DNA of 64,000 nucleotides from an uncultured delta proteobacterium (GCA_963848295.1 CAWKDB010000010.1:3968001-4032000), one strand, 5' to 3'; positions 10,270-20,969 are shown, counted from the stretch's first letter. Notes: generated by a model not told the origin, from the sequence alone. A program made the numbers and translations.

Positions 10270-10307
10270 GTAACTCCGGCGTCACCGCGTTGTGGTACTC
10301 CTGTCAC
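10270..10307 (+). promoter_or_regulatory. 11-bp-periodic GT(C/A)AC direct repeats, OmpR/PhoB (Pho-box)-like
   Basis: GTAAC at 10270, GTCAC at 10281, degenerate GTGGT at 10292 and CTGTCAC with GTCAC at 10303; lies upstream of the 10331 operon. Confidence 0.4.
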
Positions 10308-10330
10308 ACGAATTGTGGTGACCTCCGCGC

Positions 10331-11712
10331 GTGCGCGGCTTCCCACTCGTCTTGCTCGCGGCGTGTGCCGACGTCGGCAACCTGGGGCCACGCGAGCAGC
10401 TCGTGATCTCGACGCTCGCCGACGACAATTACGTATGGGCGCAGCGCGATCCCGACATCGTCGCCGACAAGCTCGTCAAGATGCAGCGCAGCCCCTACAT
10501 CTGGCTGCGAGGCACGGCCGCGGTGTTCTGGCGCGACATCATGGATCCGGGTGAGGCGAGGCCGGCGACCGCGTTCGGCAGCCCGGCGTCGTCGCGGGTC
10601 CTGCTCGTTGCAGATCCACACCCCGAGAACGCGGGCACGTTCCAGGCGGCCGACGGCACGATGGTGATCGACTGGAACGACTTCGACAGCGCGGGCTACG
10701 GGCCGTACGAGGGCGATCTGCGGCGGATGATCGCCGGGTTGATCATCGCCGCGGATGATCCGACCATCACCGACGACATCGCGCGCAACGCCGCGACCGG
10801 TTACGCGCAGCAGATCGCCGCGCTCGCCGCCGGCAAGCCGGTCGTGCCGGTCGGGGTCGGCGCCGAGCCGTACTTCGACAAGATCATCGCGAAGGCGCAA
10901 GCGAACGCGGCGGCGGGCAAGACGATCGACGAGATCGCTCCGGTCGTCGCCGATGGCGTCCGCGCGATCGCGTTCGGCGACGTCGAGCCGGTCGCGGCCG
11001 ACGGCGTGATCGAGAACCGACTCGCGCCGGTCGGCGCCGACGCGGCGGTGTGGATCGACGAAGCGATCGCCGCGTGGCGGACGCATGTGCCCGGCGAGCT
11101 CGGCGCGGTGAAGCTGCGCGCGCGGCAGTACGGCTCGGGCGTCGAGAGCTATCCGACGCTGCGCTACGAGGTCGTGCTCGAGGGGCCGACCGCGGCGATC
11201 GACGACGATCTCGTCGTCGAGCTCAAGGAAGAGCGCGAGGGCCTCGTGATCGCGAACGTGCCGATCCTCGACGTCGCGCCGTGGAGCTCGCCGGCGGCGC
11301 GTGACGTCGATGCCGCGCATCACTTGCAGGCGCTCCCCGAGGAAGACCTGCTGCTCGGCGTCGGCGACGTCGCGCCACTCAGCATCGTCGTCCACCACGA
11401 GACCGACTATCAGAAGGGCGTCAATGCCGACGACCTCGCCGCGCTCGCCGCCGGCAGCGACGCGAAGCGAGATCAGCTGCGCGCGCTCGCCACGAGGTTC
11501 GGCCAGATGCTCGCGACCTCGCACGGCAAGGCGCCGACCGCCGACGGCGTGCCCGGGTGGTCGGTGATCGCGCCGCTGATCGCGGGCCAGACCGACGCGT
11601 TCGTCGCCGAGGTCATGGCGCTGTCCGAGGCCGATGCCGCGCAGGTCGCCGCCGACTTCGCGAGCCTCCAGGGCGTCGACCTAGCGCCGCTCGTGCTGCC
11701 GCAGGTGGCGCG

Positions 11713-11716
<4 letters not shown>
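10331..11716 (+). CDS. DUF2252-family (kinase-like fold) lipoprotein
   Basis: KMQRSPYIWLRGTA, DPHPENAG, DWNDFDSA..GPYEGDLRR, GSG and ELKE motifs; lipobox LLAAC at residues 8-12. Confidence 0.75.
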
Positions 11717-12924
<1,208 letters not shown>

Positions 12925-12932
12925 GAGCCTCC

Positions 12933-13463
12933 ATGCGCGCCATCGCCCTCGCTCTGCTCGCCGCCTGTAGCAACGCCGCGGATCCCGCACCCGACGTGCT
13001 GCCGCACTACGATGGTCACGAATCGGTGACCGGCGACGCGCCGCTCGCGATCGACGCGCCACCGGCCGGTCCACTCCACGTGTTGATCGTCAACGAGGTC
13101 GTCGCCGCGGGCGATCCCGATTGGTTCGAGGTGGTGAACGCGACCTTCGATCCGGTCGAGCTGTCCGACTACATCTACGTCGACAAGGCGAACGACTTCA
13201 CGAAGGCCGTGGCGTTCCCCGCGATGACGCTGGCCCCCGGCGCGTACTATGCGCAAGACGTCGACACCGCGACCTCGGGGTTCTCGCTCGGGAGCGACGA
13301 GGAGTTGTGGGTCTACCGCAAGAGCGACGACGTGCTGTCTGACGGCGTCGACTGGGCCGACGGAGATTCGCCGAGTGGCGGCAGCTTCGCGCGGATCCCC
13401 GACATCTTCGGTCCGTTCGTGACGTCGACCCACCCGACGAAGGGCGCGCCGAACCAGCCGTGA
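12933..13463 (+). CDS. Lamin-tail-domain (LTD) lipoprotein
   Basis: AGGAG RBS; LLAAC lipobox; LIVNEV..DWFEVVN..VELS..SFARIPD..PTKGAPN LTD signature. Confidence 0.8.
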   Translation: MRAIALALLAACSNAADPAPDVLPHYDGHESVTGDAPLAIDAPPAGPLHVLIVNEVVAAGDPDWFEVVNATFDPVELSDYIYVDKANDFTKAVAFPAMTLAPGAYYAQDVDTATSGFSLGSDEELWVYRKSDDVLSDGVDWADGDSPSGGSFARIPDIFGPFVTSTHPTKGAPNQP

Positions 13464-13530
13464 CCGCCGCCTACTTCTCGTCGGCGAGCGGATCGCCACC
13501 ACGCCGGTTGCCAGCAAATAGTTCGCGCCT

Positions 13531-14472
13531 TCAGTGGCGGAGCGCGATCAACGCGAGCAGCTCCCACGCGAGGTTCGCCGCGAGGTGCGACGTGATGTCG
13601 GCATGGTCGAGCGGCGGGCAGACCTCGACGACATCGCCGCCGCGGACGTCGAGGCCGGCGAGCCCGCGGATCAGCGCCAACGCCTCGCGCGCGCTCAGTC
13701 CGCCGGGGACCGGCGTGCCGGTGCCGGGCGCGAACGCCGGATCGATCGCATCGACGTCGAACGTCACGTAGACCGGGCGCGCGCCGATGCGCTCGCGCAG
13801 CTCGGCACACACGTGGCTCACGCCACGCTCGTCGATCTGATCCGGCGACAACACGCTGTGGCCTTGGGTTCGCGCGATCACGTCGTCGCTCGCGCTGCCG
13901 CGCGGGCCGCGCACGCCGATCTGATAGAGCTGACCGGGCTCGACGAGGCCTTCGTCGATGATGTGGCGAATCGGCGTGCCGTGATGGAACTCGTCGCCCC
14001 ACACGTTCGGTCCGCTGAGGTCGAGGTGCGCATCGAAGTGGACGACCGCGAGCGGGCCGAGTCGCTTGGCGAGCGCGCGCACGACCGGCAACGAGATCGA
14101 GTGATCGCCGCCGATCACGATCGGCGCGATGTCGGCGGTCACGAGCTGGCGAACCTCGACCTCGACTGCCGAGCGCATCGCGGCGCGATCGAACGGCGGG
14201 AACACGACGTTGCCGGCGTCGACACAGCGCAGGCGCGCGAACACGTCGACCCGGTGCACCGGGTGATGCCCCTGGACGAGCGCGGAGACGCGGCGCACGT
14301 GATACGGCGCGAGCCGCGCGCCCGGCTGGTACGTCGTGCCGGCGTCGTGCGGGACGCCGAGCACCGCCGCCTCGGCGCTAGCCAGCTCGGCGGCGGGATG
14401 GAGATGGGCGAGCGGTAGCCGAAAGAACGGCGTTTGACCGTGGCGGAGATAGTCGAGCGCTGGGCTTTGCAT
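13531..14472 (-). CDS. speB: Agmatinase (ureohydrolase family)
   Basis: GVPHDAGTTYQPGARLAP, GGDHSIS, HFDAHLD, HHGTP and DVDAIDPAFAPGTGTP motifs; the exact substrate cannot be proven from sequence. Confidence 0.8.
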   Translation of the reverse strand: MQSPALDYLRHGQTPFFRLPLAHLHPAAELASAEAAVLGVPHDAGTTYQPGARLAPYHVRRVSALVQGHHPVHRVDVFARLRCVDAGNVVFPPFDRAAMRSAVEVEVRQLVTADIAPIVIGGDHSISLPVVRALAKRLGPLAVVHFDAHLDLSGPNVWGDEFHHGTPIRHIIDEGLVEPGQLYQIGVRGPRGSASDDVIARTQGHSVLSPDQIDERGVSHVCAELRERIGARPVYVTFDVDAIDPAFAPGTGTPVPGGLSAREALALIRGLAGLDVRGGDVVEVCPPLDHADITSHLAANLAWELLALIALRH

Positions 14473-15199
14473 CGTCGCTCCTGTCGAGCAACCGCGCGAT
14501 CGCGTGGCGGGCGCGCGCGGCCATGTCTTCCGCGAGCTCGCCGGTGCGCGGCAGCATCGCCGCGCCAAACGAGATCGTGACGTCGATGCGCGCCCGTCCG
14601 GCGGTGCGCAGATAGTGCGGCAAGAACGTCGCCTGGTCGCACCAGGCGAGCTCTGGATCGCGATAGCGGATCGCGAGCGGCACGACCGGCACGTCGAGGC
14701 GTTGGGCGATGCCGAACGTACCCCGCCAGAACGGCGCGACCTTGTCGCCGCGGGTCGTCGTGCCTTCGGGGAAGTTGAGCACCGGCGCACCGGCGGCGAG
14801 CAGATCGTGAAGGTGGCGCAGCACGCGAGCTCGCGCGAATGGATCGTCGCGGCGCACGAACGTGACGCCGAGCGCCGAGCCGATCGAGCCGACGATCGGC
14901 CAGCTCGCGACCTCGCCCTTCGCGACCGGGATCGCCGGGCACACCGGCAGGATCGCGAGCGGATCGAGATAGCTGACGTGGTTCGACACGAGCAAGGCCG
15001 TGCCGCGCGGGATCTCGCCGCGCGTCGTGACGTGCAGCGCATGGGCGCGGCCGATCGCACCGAGCGCCGCGGCGAGCCGATGGGCCGCTTCCCGTGGATC
15101 GCGCGGCGGCGTCATCCGAGCCGATCCGAGCTCGGCGAGCGCATCGAACAGCCCGCGGCCCATGTGGCGCGTCGCACGCAGCAGCGGCAAGCCGATCAC
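14378..15199 (-). CDS. PlsC-family lysophospholipid acyltransferase
   Basis: NHVSYLD (HX4D), VAKGEV and FPEGT motifs; GTG start overlaps the GNAT stop. Confidence 0.85.
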   Translation of the reverse strand: MIGLPLLRATRHMGRGLFDALAELGSARMTPPRDPREAAHRLAAALGAIGRAHALHVTTRGEIPRGTALLVSNHVSYLDPLAILPVCPAIPVAKGEVASWPIVGSIGSALGVTFVRRDDPFARARVLRHLHDLLAAGAPVLNFPEGTTTRGDKVAPFWRGTFGIAQRLDVPVVPLAIRYRDPELAWCDQATFLPHYLRTAGRARIDVTISFGAAMLPRTGELAEDMAARARHAIARLLDRSDDAKPSARLSPPRSNAVLSATARPSPSRRRAG

Positions 15200-15786
15200 G
15201 CCGCCTCTCGAGCGGGCTCGCGGCGCGGGATGAGCCCCAGCCGCTCGTACTTCGACCGCAGCCGCTCGAACGAGGCGCGGTCGATGCGCGACACGATGCG
15301 CTCGTCCCCGGGCCCGTAGAAGTCGTGCAACAGGCCGACCTCGGTCGCGCCGAGCATCGCGTGCAGCGCGCGCGCTGGCGCGTTGTCGGGCTTGACCGTG
15401 AACCAGCACGTCTCGATCGCGTCGCGCTCGCCGGCCGGGACCTGCGCCCGGCCGGCAGCACTGCCGAATGGCAGTGCGGTTGGATCAATGATCTTCTTGA
15501 CGAACGCGGCGAGTAGCAGCGGCGTGATCCGCGTGCGCTGGTACGCCGGCAAGACCGCGAGCGTCGTACAGTACGCCTCGCGATCGCGGATGAAGCACAG
15601 CAAGTAAGCCGCGGGCTTGCCATCGGCGAATGCGATGAAGCAGCTATCCGCGAAGAACTCGGTGCACAGCCGCAGGTAATACGGGCACAACACGTCCTCG
15701 CCGGCAGCCCCGAACACGTCGGTCTCGAGCTGGCGCAACGCCGCAAAGTCGTCGCTGCATAGGGAGCGCACTTGGTAGCGCGTCAT
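15196..15786 (-). CDS. GNAT-family N-acyltransferase
   Basis: [12 protein letters not shown] (motif A) and N.PARALH (motif B); strong GAGGAGG RBS; ~21-aa in-frame insertion. Confidence 0.8.
   Translation of the reverse strand: MTRYQVRSLCSDDFAALRQLETDVFGAAGEDVLCPYYLRLCTEFFADSCFIAFADGKPAAYLLCFIRDREAYCTTLAVLPAYQRTRITPLLLAAFVKKIIDPTALPFGSAAGRAQVPAGERDAIETCWFTVKPDNAPARALHAMLGATEVGLLHDFYGPGDERIVSRIDRASFERLRSKYERLGLIPRREPAREAA
15430..15477. repeat. Double-hairpin palindromic insert within the GNAT CDS
   Basis: GCCGGCCGGG-ACCTGCG-CCCGGCCGGC (10-bp stem), then GCACTGCC-GAAT-GGCAGTGC (8-bp stem). Confidence 0.8.
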
Positions 15787-15988
15787 GAGGTCCCTCCTCG
15801 TGGTTTGGCCCAACTTAGCGACCGTCGATGACGCGACGCCAAAGCCCGCGAAACTTCGTCGCAGCGGGAGCGTGACAATTTCAATGTGACAGCTCGGTCG
15901 CGGCCCGGTGACCGGATCCCCTACCTCGCGTCACCGATTGGTTGCCCTCCGGAGGCGGTGCGGTCACGGCCAGTTTCTAGCGTGAACC

Positions 15989-16708
15989 GTGGAGTTGTCG
16001 TTGAGCAGCCCAGATTCAACGTCGTCGGACGTCGCGCCGCCGCATGTCGCGGTCGTGGCGATCACATCGACGCCAGCGGTCGAGGCACTGGTGTCCGAGC
16101 TGCGTCGCGATGCCATGCGAGTCGACGTCGGTGATCTCGAGTTGCTGCGCTCGCCGCCGACTGCGCCCGTCTACCTGTGCGTGCTCGGGGCCGCGATCGG
16201 CACGATGCTCGCCGAGCAGGTCGTCGCGTGGGCGCAGAGCTCGGACCTGCGGCCCGGCTTGATCGGGTTGATCGAAGACGGTGGTTCGACCGAGCGCGAG
16301 GCGTTGCTCGCCGCTGGTTATGACGACGTCGTCGCGGGCCCGATCAGCTCGCGCGAGCTGTCCGCGCGCGTCCGAGCGGTGCATCGCCGTGTCCACTGGA
16401 AGGGCGTGCGCCATGGTCGCCTGCGGTTCGGCGCGCTGACGCTCGATGTCGACGGTCATGCGCTGTGGGTCGACGGCAAGACGATCTCGCTGACGCTGAT
16501 CGAGCTCGCCGTCTTGCGCGAGCTGATGAAAGCGCGCGGCCGGCCGCTGTCGCGCGCCGAGCTGCTGGATGCCGCGTGGGGCTCCGCCGACCTCGAAGTC
16601 TCCGAGCGTGCGGTCGACAACGTGATCCTACGGATTCGCCGCAAGCTGCCACGCCCCGATCTGATCGAGACGGTGCGCAGCGTCGGATTCCGGCTAGCAC
16701 CCAGGTAG
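15989..16708 (+). CDS. OmpR-family winged-helix regulator with an atypical receiver domain
   Basis: LTLIE..VL..L..GRPLSRAELL..WG..RAVDNVILRIRRKL..IETVRSVGFRL; the receiver lacks a clear acidic pocket and phospho-Asp. Confidence 0.85.
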   Translation: MELSLSSPDSTSSDVAPPHVAVVAITSTPAVEALVSELRRDAMRVDVGDLELLRSPPTAPVYLCVLGAAIGTMLAEQVVAWAQSSDLRPGLIGLIEDGGSTEREALLAAGYDDVVAGPISSRELSARVRAVHRRVHWKGVRHGRLRFGALTLDVDGHALWVDGKTISLTLIELAVLRELMKARGRPLSRAELLDAAWGSADLEVSERAVDNVILRIRRKLPRPDLIETVRSVGFRLAPR

Positions 16709-16724
16709 GCTAAGCTCGCCGGCC

Positions 16725-17162
16725 ATGGCGAGTTACGAGAAGCGAACCTGGTGGACGCGTCACGGTTTGACCGATCGGCTGCAAGACGAAGAGTTCTTGG
16801 AGGCGGTGATCAGCACTGCGTTTCTCGTATCGGCGTCGGACGGCGCCGCGAGCGATGTCGAGTACGACGCGTTGCTCGATCGCCTCGAGATCCTCGGCGG
16901 TATCGACCGTGATCGCATCGACCAGCTGTTGACGATCGCGTCGAACGACGTCGAGGCCAATGGCTTCGAGCCGCGGATCGCTCGGATCGCGCAGCTCGTC
17001 GTCAACGACGCGGCGGCCGAGGCTGCGCTCATGGTCGGGATGGCGGTCGCGCTCGCCGACGACGTCGTGACCCCCGAGGAACGCGAGACCGCGCAGAAGA
17101 TCGCGACCGCGCTCGGCGTCAAGGTCGATCTCGACGCGATGCTCGCCGAGATCCGCGGCTAG
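16725..17162 (+). CDS. TerB-like (tellurite resistance/DjlA-N) protein
   Basis: Paired SASDG...E and ALADDVVTPEE..IATALG motifs. Confidence 0.7.
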   Translation: MASYEKRTWWTRHGLTDRLQDEEFLEAVISTAFLVSASDGAASDVEYDALLDRLEILGGIDRDRIDQLLTIASNDVEANGFEPRIARIAQLVVNDAAAEAALMVGMAVALADDVVTPEERETAQKIATALGVKVDLDAMLAEIRG

Positions 17163-17246
17163 CGCGATCGCGACAGCGCAGTCTCGGTGCGCAGGGCATT
17201 CCCCGGCAGAGCTACGCGACGCTGGCGTGGTGTCGCGCACTTGCCC

Positions 17247-17262
17247 TGGTACACGACCTGCA
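17247..17262 (+). promoter_or_regulatory. Putative sigma-54 promoter
   Basis: TGGTACACGACCTGCA, 13 nt from the ATG at 17275. Confidence 0.5.
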
Positions 17263-17274
17263 AAGTTCCGCGCG

Positions 17275-17717
17275 ATGACTCGATTCCATCGCGCCTGCGT
17301 TTGCCTGGCGGGCACGCTCGTCGTTTCGTTCGGGCTCGTCCGGTCGTCTCGTGCCGAGGGCATCGGCGTGTCGCGCTTCGCGGTCGCGGTCGACACGCCG
17401 GTCAGCTGGGCGAATGGCTCGTTCGCCGCGTCGGCGTACTACGCGCCGACGCAACATCAGGTGCTGCGGCTCAACGTCGCCGCGTACTCGGCCGCGCCGC
17501 CGATCGCCGTGCAGTATCTGGCGCTCGACGCGGGTGGTGACGTCCCGGACACCAGCGGTTATACGAGCGACGTAAGCGTGGGGTGGTCGTACTTCACGCG
17601 CCGCGCGTTCGACGGCTTGTTCATCGAGCTCGCAGGCCTCGGCAGGCTACGCCGCACGAGTGATGACTCGAGCGGCGAGTCCCCGTACCAAGCGCTTCAC
17701 ACGCAGACGCAGGTGCT
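17275..17717 (+). pseudogene. Exported beta-barrel-like protein, 5' part, interrupted by the IS256 element
   Basis: Signal peptide; the frame rejoins 20970-21182 exactly after removing the element and one TSD copy (215 aa in total). Confidence 0.85.
17710..17717. repeat. Left 8-bp target-site duplication CAGGTGCT
   Basis: Identical to 20970-20977. Confidence 0.92.
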
Positions 17718-17807
17718 GGCGTAGTCCCGATCCCTGTTGACATTGAGGTGGCGGTCCAACCGACCCCGAGAGAATTCTCGGGGCTCAAAAACCGGAAGGA
17801 ACCGCCG

Positions 17808-19115
17808 ATGAAGAAGATTGCCAGGAACAGACGCCCCGCGGAAGCCACTCGCCCTCAGCTCCGGACCGTTCTCGGAGAAGTCGCTCGCGACGCGGAGCTC
17901 GCCCTCGGGCTCAGGAACCTCGTGCGCGAGAACCTGCGAGAGTTCGTGATCGGCGCTGGGACCGCCGCGCTGGCCGCAATGCTCGAAGAGGAGCGCACTC
18001 AGATCGTCGGGCCGCGGTACGCGCATCTGCCGACGCGTGAAGCTCGACGATCGGGATCGGCTCCGGGTGAGCTGGTGATGGGAGGTCGACGCGTGCAGGT
18101 CCGACGACCGCGTGCACGTACGCTCGACGGTCAGGAGGTGCAATTGCCCTCGTGGACGGCGTTCGGCGTCGAGGATCCGCTGCGCGAGCGGGCTGTCGAG
18201 CAGATGCTCGTCGGCGTCACGACACGTCGCTACGCTCGATCGCTGGAGCCGCTGCCGGCGGACCTGCCGTCGCGTGGCACGAGCCGTAGTGCGGTGAGCC
18301 GTCGCTTCGTCGCTGCCACCGAGCGGCAGATGGCCGAGTGGCTCGGTCGCGATCTCGGCGCGCTCGATCTCGGCGTGCTCATGATCGACGGCGTGCACAT
18401 CGACGAGCACGTGCTGCTCGTCGCGCTCGGCATCGACGCCGACGGCAAGAAGCACGTGCTCGGTGTTCGCGAGGGCGCAACCGAGAACGCTGCCGCGTGC
18501 ACGGCGCTGCTCGCCGATCTGCGCGATCGTGGTCTCCGCACCGACCGTCCGACCCTCGTCGTGATCGACGGGTCGAAGGCACTCGCGAAGGCGGTGCGCA
18601 ACGTATTCGGTGACCGCGCGATCGTCCAGCGCTGCCAGGCGCACAAGACTCGCAACGTTCTCGACCAGCTTCCCGACGAGATAAAGCCGTCGGTGCGGCA
18701 GGCTTTGCGCGACGCGTACGCCGCGAGCGACGCCGATCGTGCACGTTCGACGCTGACGAACCTCGTGCGTCGTCTCCGGAACGATCATCCTGGTGCGGCG
18801 GCGTCCCTCGAAGAAGGGCTCGACGAGACGCTCGCCGTGAAGCGCCTCGGCCTCCCGAAACAGCTCGAACGGCAGCTCTCAACGACGAACGCGATCGAGA
18901 ACCTCATGGGCTCGGTCCGTCAGCTCTCACGCCGCGTGAAGCGCTGGCGTGGCGGCAAGATGATCTTGCGGTGGACGGTGACAGCTGTCGCCGATGCCGC
19001 AACGCGCTTCCGCAGGATCACAGGTGCGCGCGATGGCATGACCCAGCTGATGCGCGCGCTCGCGCATCACGAGAACTCCATCGCACCCGTTGCATCGCGA
19101 ACGAAGGCCGCGTAG
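17808..19115 (+). CDS. IS256-family (Mutator-like DDE) transposase
   Basis: GVTTRRY, SRSAVSR, LMIDG, VIDGSKAL, QRCQAHKTRN and STTNAIE motifs; intact frame; GGAAGG RBS. Confidence 0.95.
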   Translation: MKKIARNRRPAEATRPQLRTVLGEVARDAELALGLRNLVRENLREFVIGAGTAALAAMLEEERTQIVGPRYAHLPTREARRSGSAPGELVMGGRRVQVRRPRARTLDGQEVQLPSWTAFGVEDPLRERAVEQMLVGVTTRRYARSLEPLPADLPSRGTSRSAVSRRFVAATERQMAEWLGRDLGALDLGVLMIDGVHIDEHVLLVALGIDADGKKHVLGVREGATENAAACTALLADLRDRGLRTDRPTLVVIDGSKALAKAVRNVFGDRAIVQRCQAHKTRNVLDQLPDEIKPSVRQALRDAYAASDADRARSTLTNLVRRLRNDHPGAAASLEEGLDETLAVKRLGLPKQLERQLSTTNAIENLMGSVRQLSRRVKRWRGGKMILRWTVTAVADAATRFRRITGARDGMTQLMRALAHHENSIAPVASRTKAA

Positions 19116-19119
19116 CGAT
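19082..19119 (+). repeat. Direct repeat copy 1 (transposase 3' end)
   Basis: CGCACCCGTTGCATCGCGAACGAAGGCCGCGTAGCGAT, 34/38 identical to 20885-20922. Confidence 0.9.
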
Positions 19120-19159
19120 GCGATGACGACCGCGTCGGAGCCGTGCTACTTCACATGGC

Positions 19160-20860
19160 GTGAGTATCTTCGACCGGTTTCGTAAGACAAAGCAGACCGC
19201 TGCGCCACTGCCGGTCACGACCGCGCCCGAAGTGCCGGTTCGCGCGACGATCGCGACATTCTTGGTCGCCGATGCGGTCGGGACGCTCGCGCTTGAGAGC
19301 GGCGAGGGACTTCGGTTCGGTCGATCGGCGTGTAAAGGCTTCGAACCCGTCGTCGGTGCGTCGGTGATCGTCGAGGAGATCGCTTCCGACCCGCGCGGCT
19401 GGAAGGCTCGGGTCGTGAAGCTCGCTCCAGCCGACGCGAACTACGATGCGTTGCTGTCAGCGCGCGACGCGCAGCAAGGGCTTCCTAGCCGCACCCAGCC
19501 GCCCGCGCAGGCTGCTGCGACGGCGCGCCAACTTGGGATCATCACCGTGTTGCTGGGCGAGCCGTTGCCGACGGGCCACCAGGCTGTGCGTACATGGGCT
19601 GCGGCGCGCGGGTTCCCGCGCGATGGCTTCGACGTGAAAGTCGAGCGCGACCTGGAGTTCGCGATGCCGGGAGGCAACGTGTTGACATACGCGGGGCGCG
19701 CGACGTTCCCGAAAGATGGGCTCGATGCGCGCAACGTGGCCGAGGATTTCGACCTCGGTCGCTCGTTTATCGGCCTCGGCATGGGCCTGCCCGGCGGCGA
19801 GCGTCAGGCTCGAGCGATCCTCGCCAACACGCGCGACTGCTGGGCGCCCGACGGCTCGATGCGCCAGCTCAGCCGACTCGTTTGCATGCTCGCGGACTCG
19901 GCGACGGGCGTCGTGCTGCATCGTGCAGGTGATCTCGTCGTACCGATCGACGAGTTCGTGCGCGCACTCGGCGAACTCGACGATCCTGAGTGTCGGCCGT
20001 TCGCGGCCTGGCTCGATGTCGCGATCACGCGACGCGACGGCGAGGCGAGGTACGCGACGTTCGGCATGGACGTATTCGGCCTGCCCGACGTGCTTGCGGC
20101 GGTGAATGCCGATGATCGCTGGAGTCGGTCGCGCCGCCACGAGGCCGTGCTCTACGCGTGCTATCGGATGATCCGCGACAATCGCGAATTTCAAGCGGGC
20201 GATACGATCTCTGTGCCGGTGCGACTCTCCATCGGAGCGTGGCCACTTGAGATCGACGACCGTGGTGCGGCGACGACCTACGCAGTCACTGATCTCGACG
20301 GCAACCTCGAGCTCGTTGCAAGAGGCGAACTCTCCGTCGACGGCGACATCGCGGTGAACCTCTACCAGGCGCTATTCGATCGCGGCCTCGCCGAGCTCGT
20401 ACCGAGTCACATCGTTCGTGACGTCCCTGCAAACAGCCGGCAACCGCTGGAGCACAACGTCGAGGTGCGCGCACGCGAAGACGGTCGCGGGTTCCTTGTC
20501 GTCACGAACGGGTTTGGCCGCAAGGCGCGGTTTGAAGTCGCTGCGTGGGTCCCCCTCGAGACGCTTGAGCTCGTGAAGCTCGTCGGCGTGCTGGCCTCGT
20601 TCGCGCTCGAAGCGCCAACCGGTTGGAAGGTCGGCGATACGGTCGCTGCACCGATCGAGGAACTGAGGATCGGTGGCTTCGTGATCGCCGACGGCGGCAC
20701 AGTCGCAATGGGCACCGCGCAAAGCGTTCGCATCTTGCTGCTTGTTCCACTCGCCGAGACCGACTACGCGCGCGTGCGCGGCGGTGGTGCCGAGGCGTGG
20801 CTCGCACGCAATCCGCCGACTGAGGCCGCGTGGGATACGTTCATCGCAGCGCCCGACTGA
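19160..20860 (+). CDS. IS passenger protein with CSD/OB-like N-terminus, DUF4261-like middle and SUFU-like C-terminus
   Basis: 566-aa ORF; TFGMDVFGLPDV..GDTI (DUF4261-like); LVVTNGFG..RFEV..GDTV..LLLVPLAETDY (SUFU-like). Domain calls are by eye. Confidence 0.6.
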   Translation: MSIFDRFRKTKQTAAPLPVTTAPEVPVRATIATFLVADAVGTLALESGEGLRFGRSACKGFEPVVGASVIVEEIASDPRGWKARVVKLAPADANYDALLSARDAQQGLPSRTQPPAQAAATARQLGIITVLLGEPLPTGHQAVRTWAAARGFPRDGFDVKVERDLEFAMPGGNVLTYAGRATFPKDGLDARNVAEDFDLGRSFIGLGMGLPGGERQARAILANTRDCWAPDGSMRQLSRLVCMLADSATGVVLHRAGDLVVPIDEFVRALGELDDPECRPFAAWLDVAITRRDGEARYATFGMDVFGLPDVLAAVNADDRWSRSRRHEAVLYACYRMIRDNREFQAGDTISVPVRLSIGAWPLEIDDRGAATTYAVTDLDGNLELVARGELSVDGDIAVNLYQALFDRGLAELVPSHIVRDVPANSRQPLEHNVEVRAREDGRGFLVVTNGFGRKARFEVAAWVPLETLELVKLVGVLASFALEAPTGWKVGDTVAAPIEELRIGGFVIADGGTVAMGTAQSVRILLLVPLAETDYARVRGGGAEAWLARNPPTEAAWDTFIAAPD

Positions 20861-20884
20861 CCGCGCTCATTCACGAAACACGAA

Positions 20885-20922
20885 CGCACCCGTTGCAACG
20901 TGAACGAAGGCCCCGTAGTGAT
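20885..20922 (+). repeat. Direct repeat copy 2 (diverged transposase 3' end before the IRR)
   Basis: CGCACCCGTTGCAACGTGAACGAAGGCCCCGTAGTGAT. Confidence 0.9.
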
Positions 20923-20969
20923 CACCACCGCAACCGTCACCAAGATTCAACAACAGACGGGACATCGCC

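Larger units (their letters stand above)
17718..20969 (+). mobile_element. IS256-family element carrying a passenger gene (3252 bp)
   Basis: IRL GGCGTAGTCCCGATCCCTGTTGA (17718-17740) matches the IRR reverse complement GGCGATGTCCCGTCTGTTGTTGA (20947-20969) at 16/23; perfect 8-bp TSD; transposase plus cargo inside. Confidence 0.92.

Noticed and set aside
17764..17783. Hairpin CCCCGAGA-GAAT-TCTCGGGG sharing a GAAT loop with the GNAT insert
   Set aside because: The stems are unrelated; more likely an IS leader structure, with the loop match by chance.
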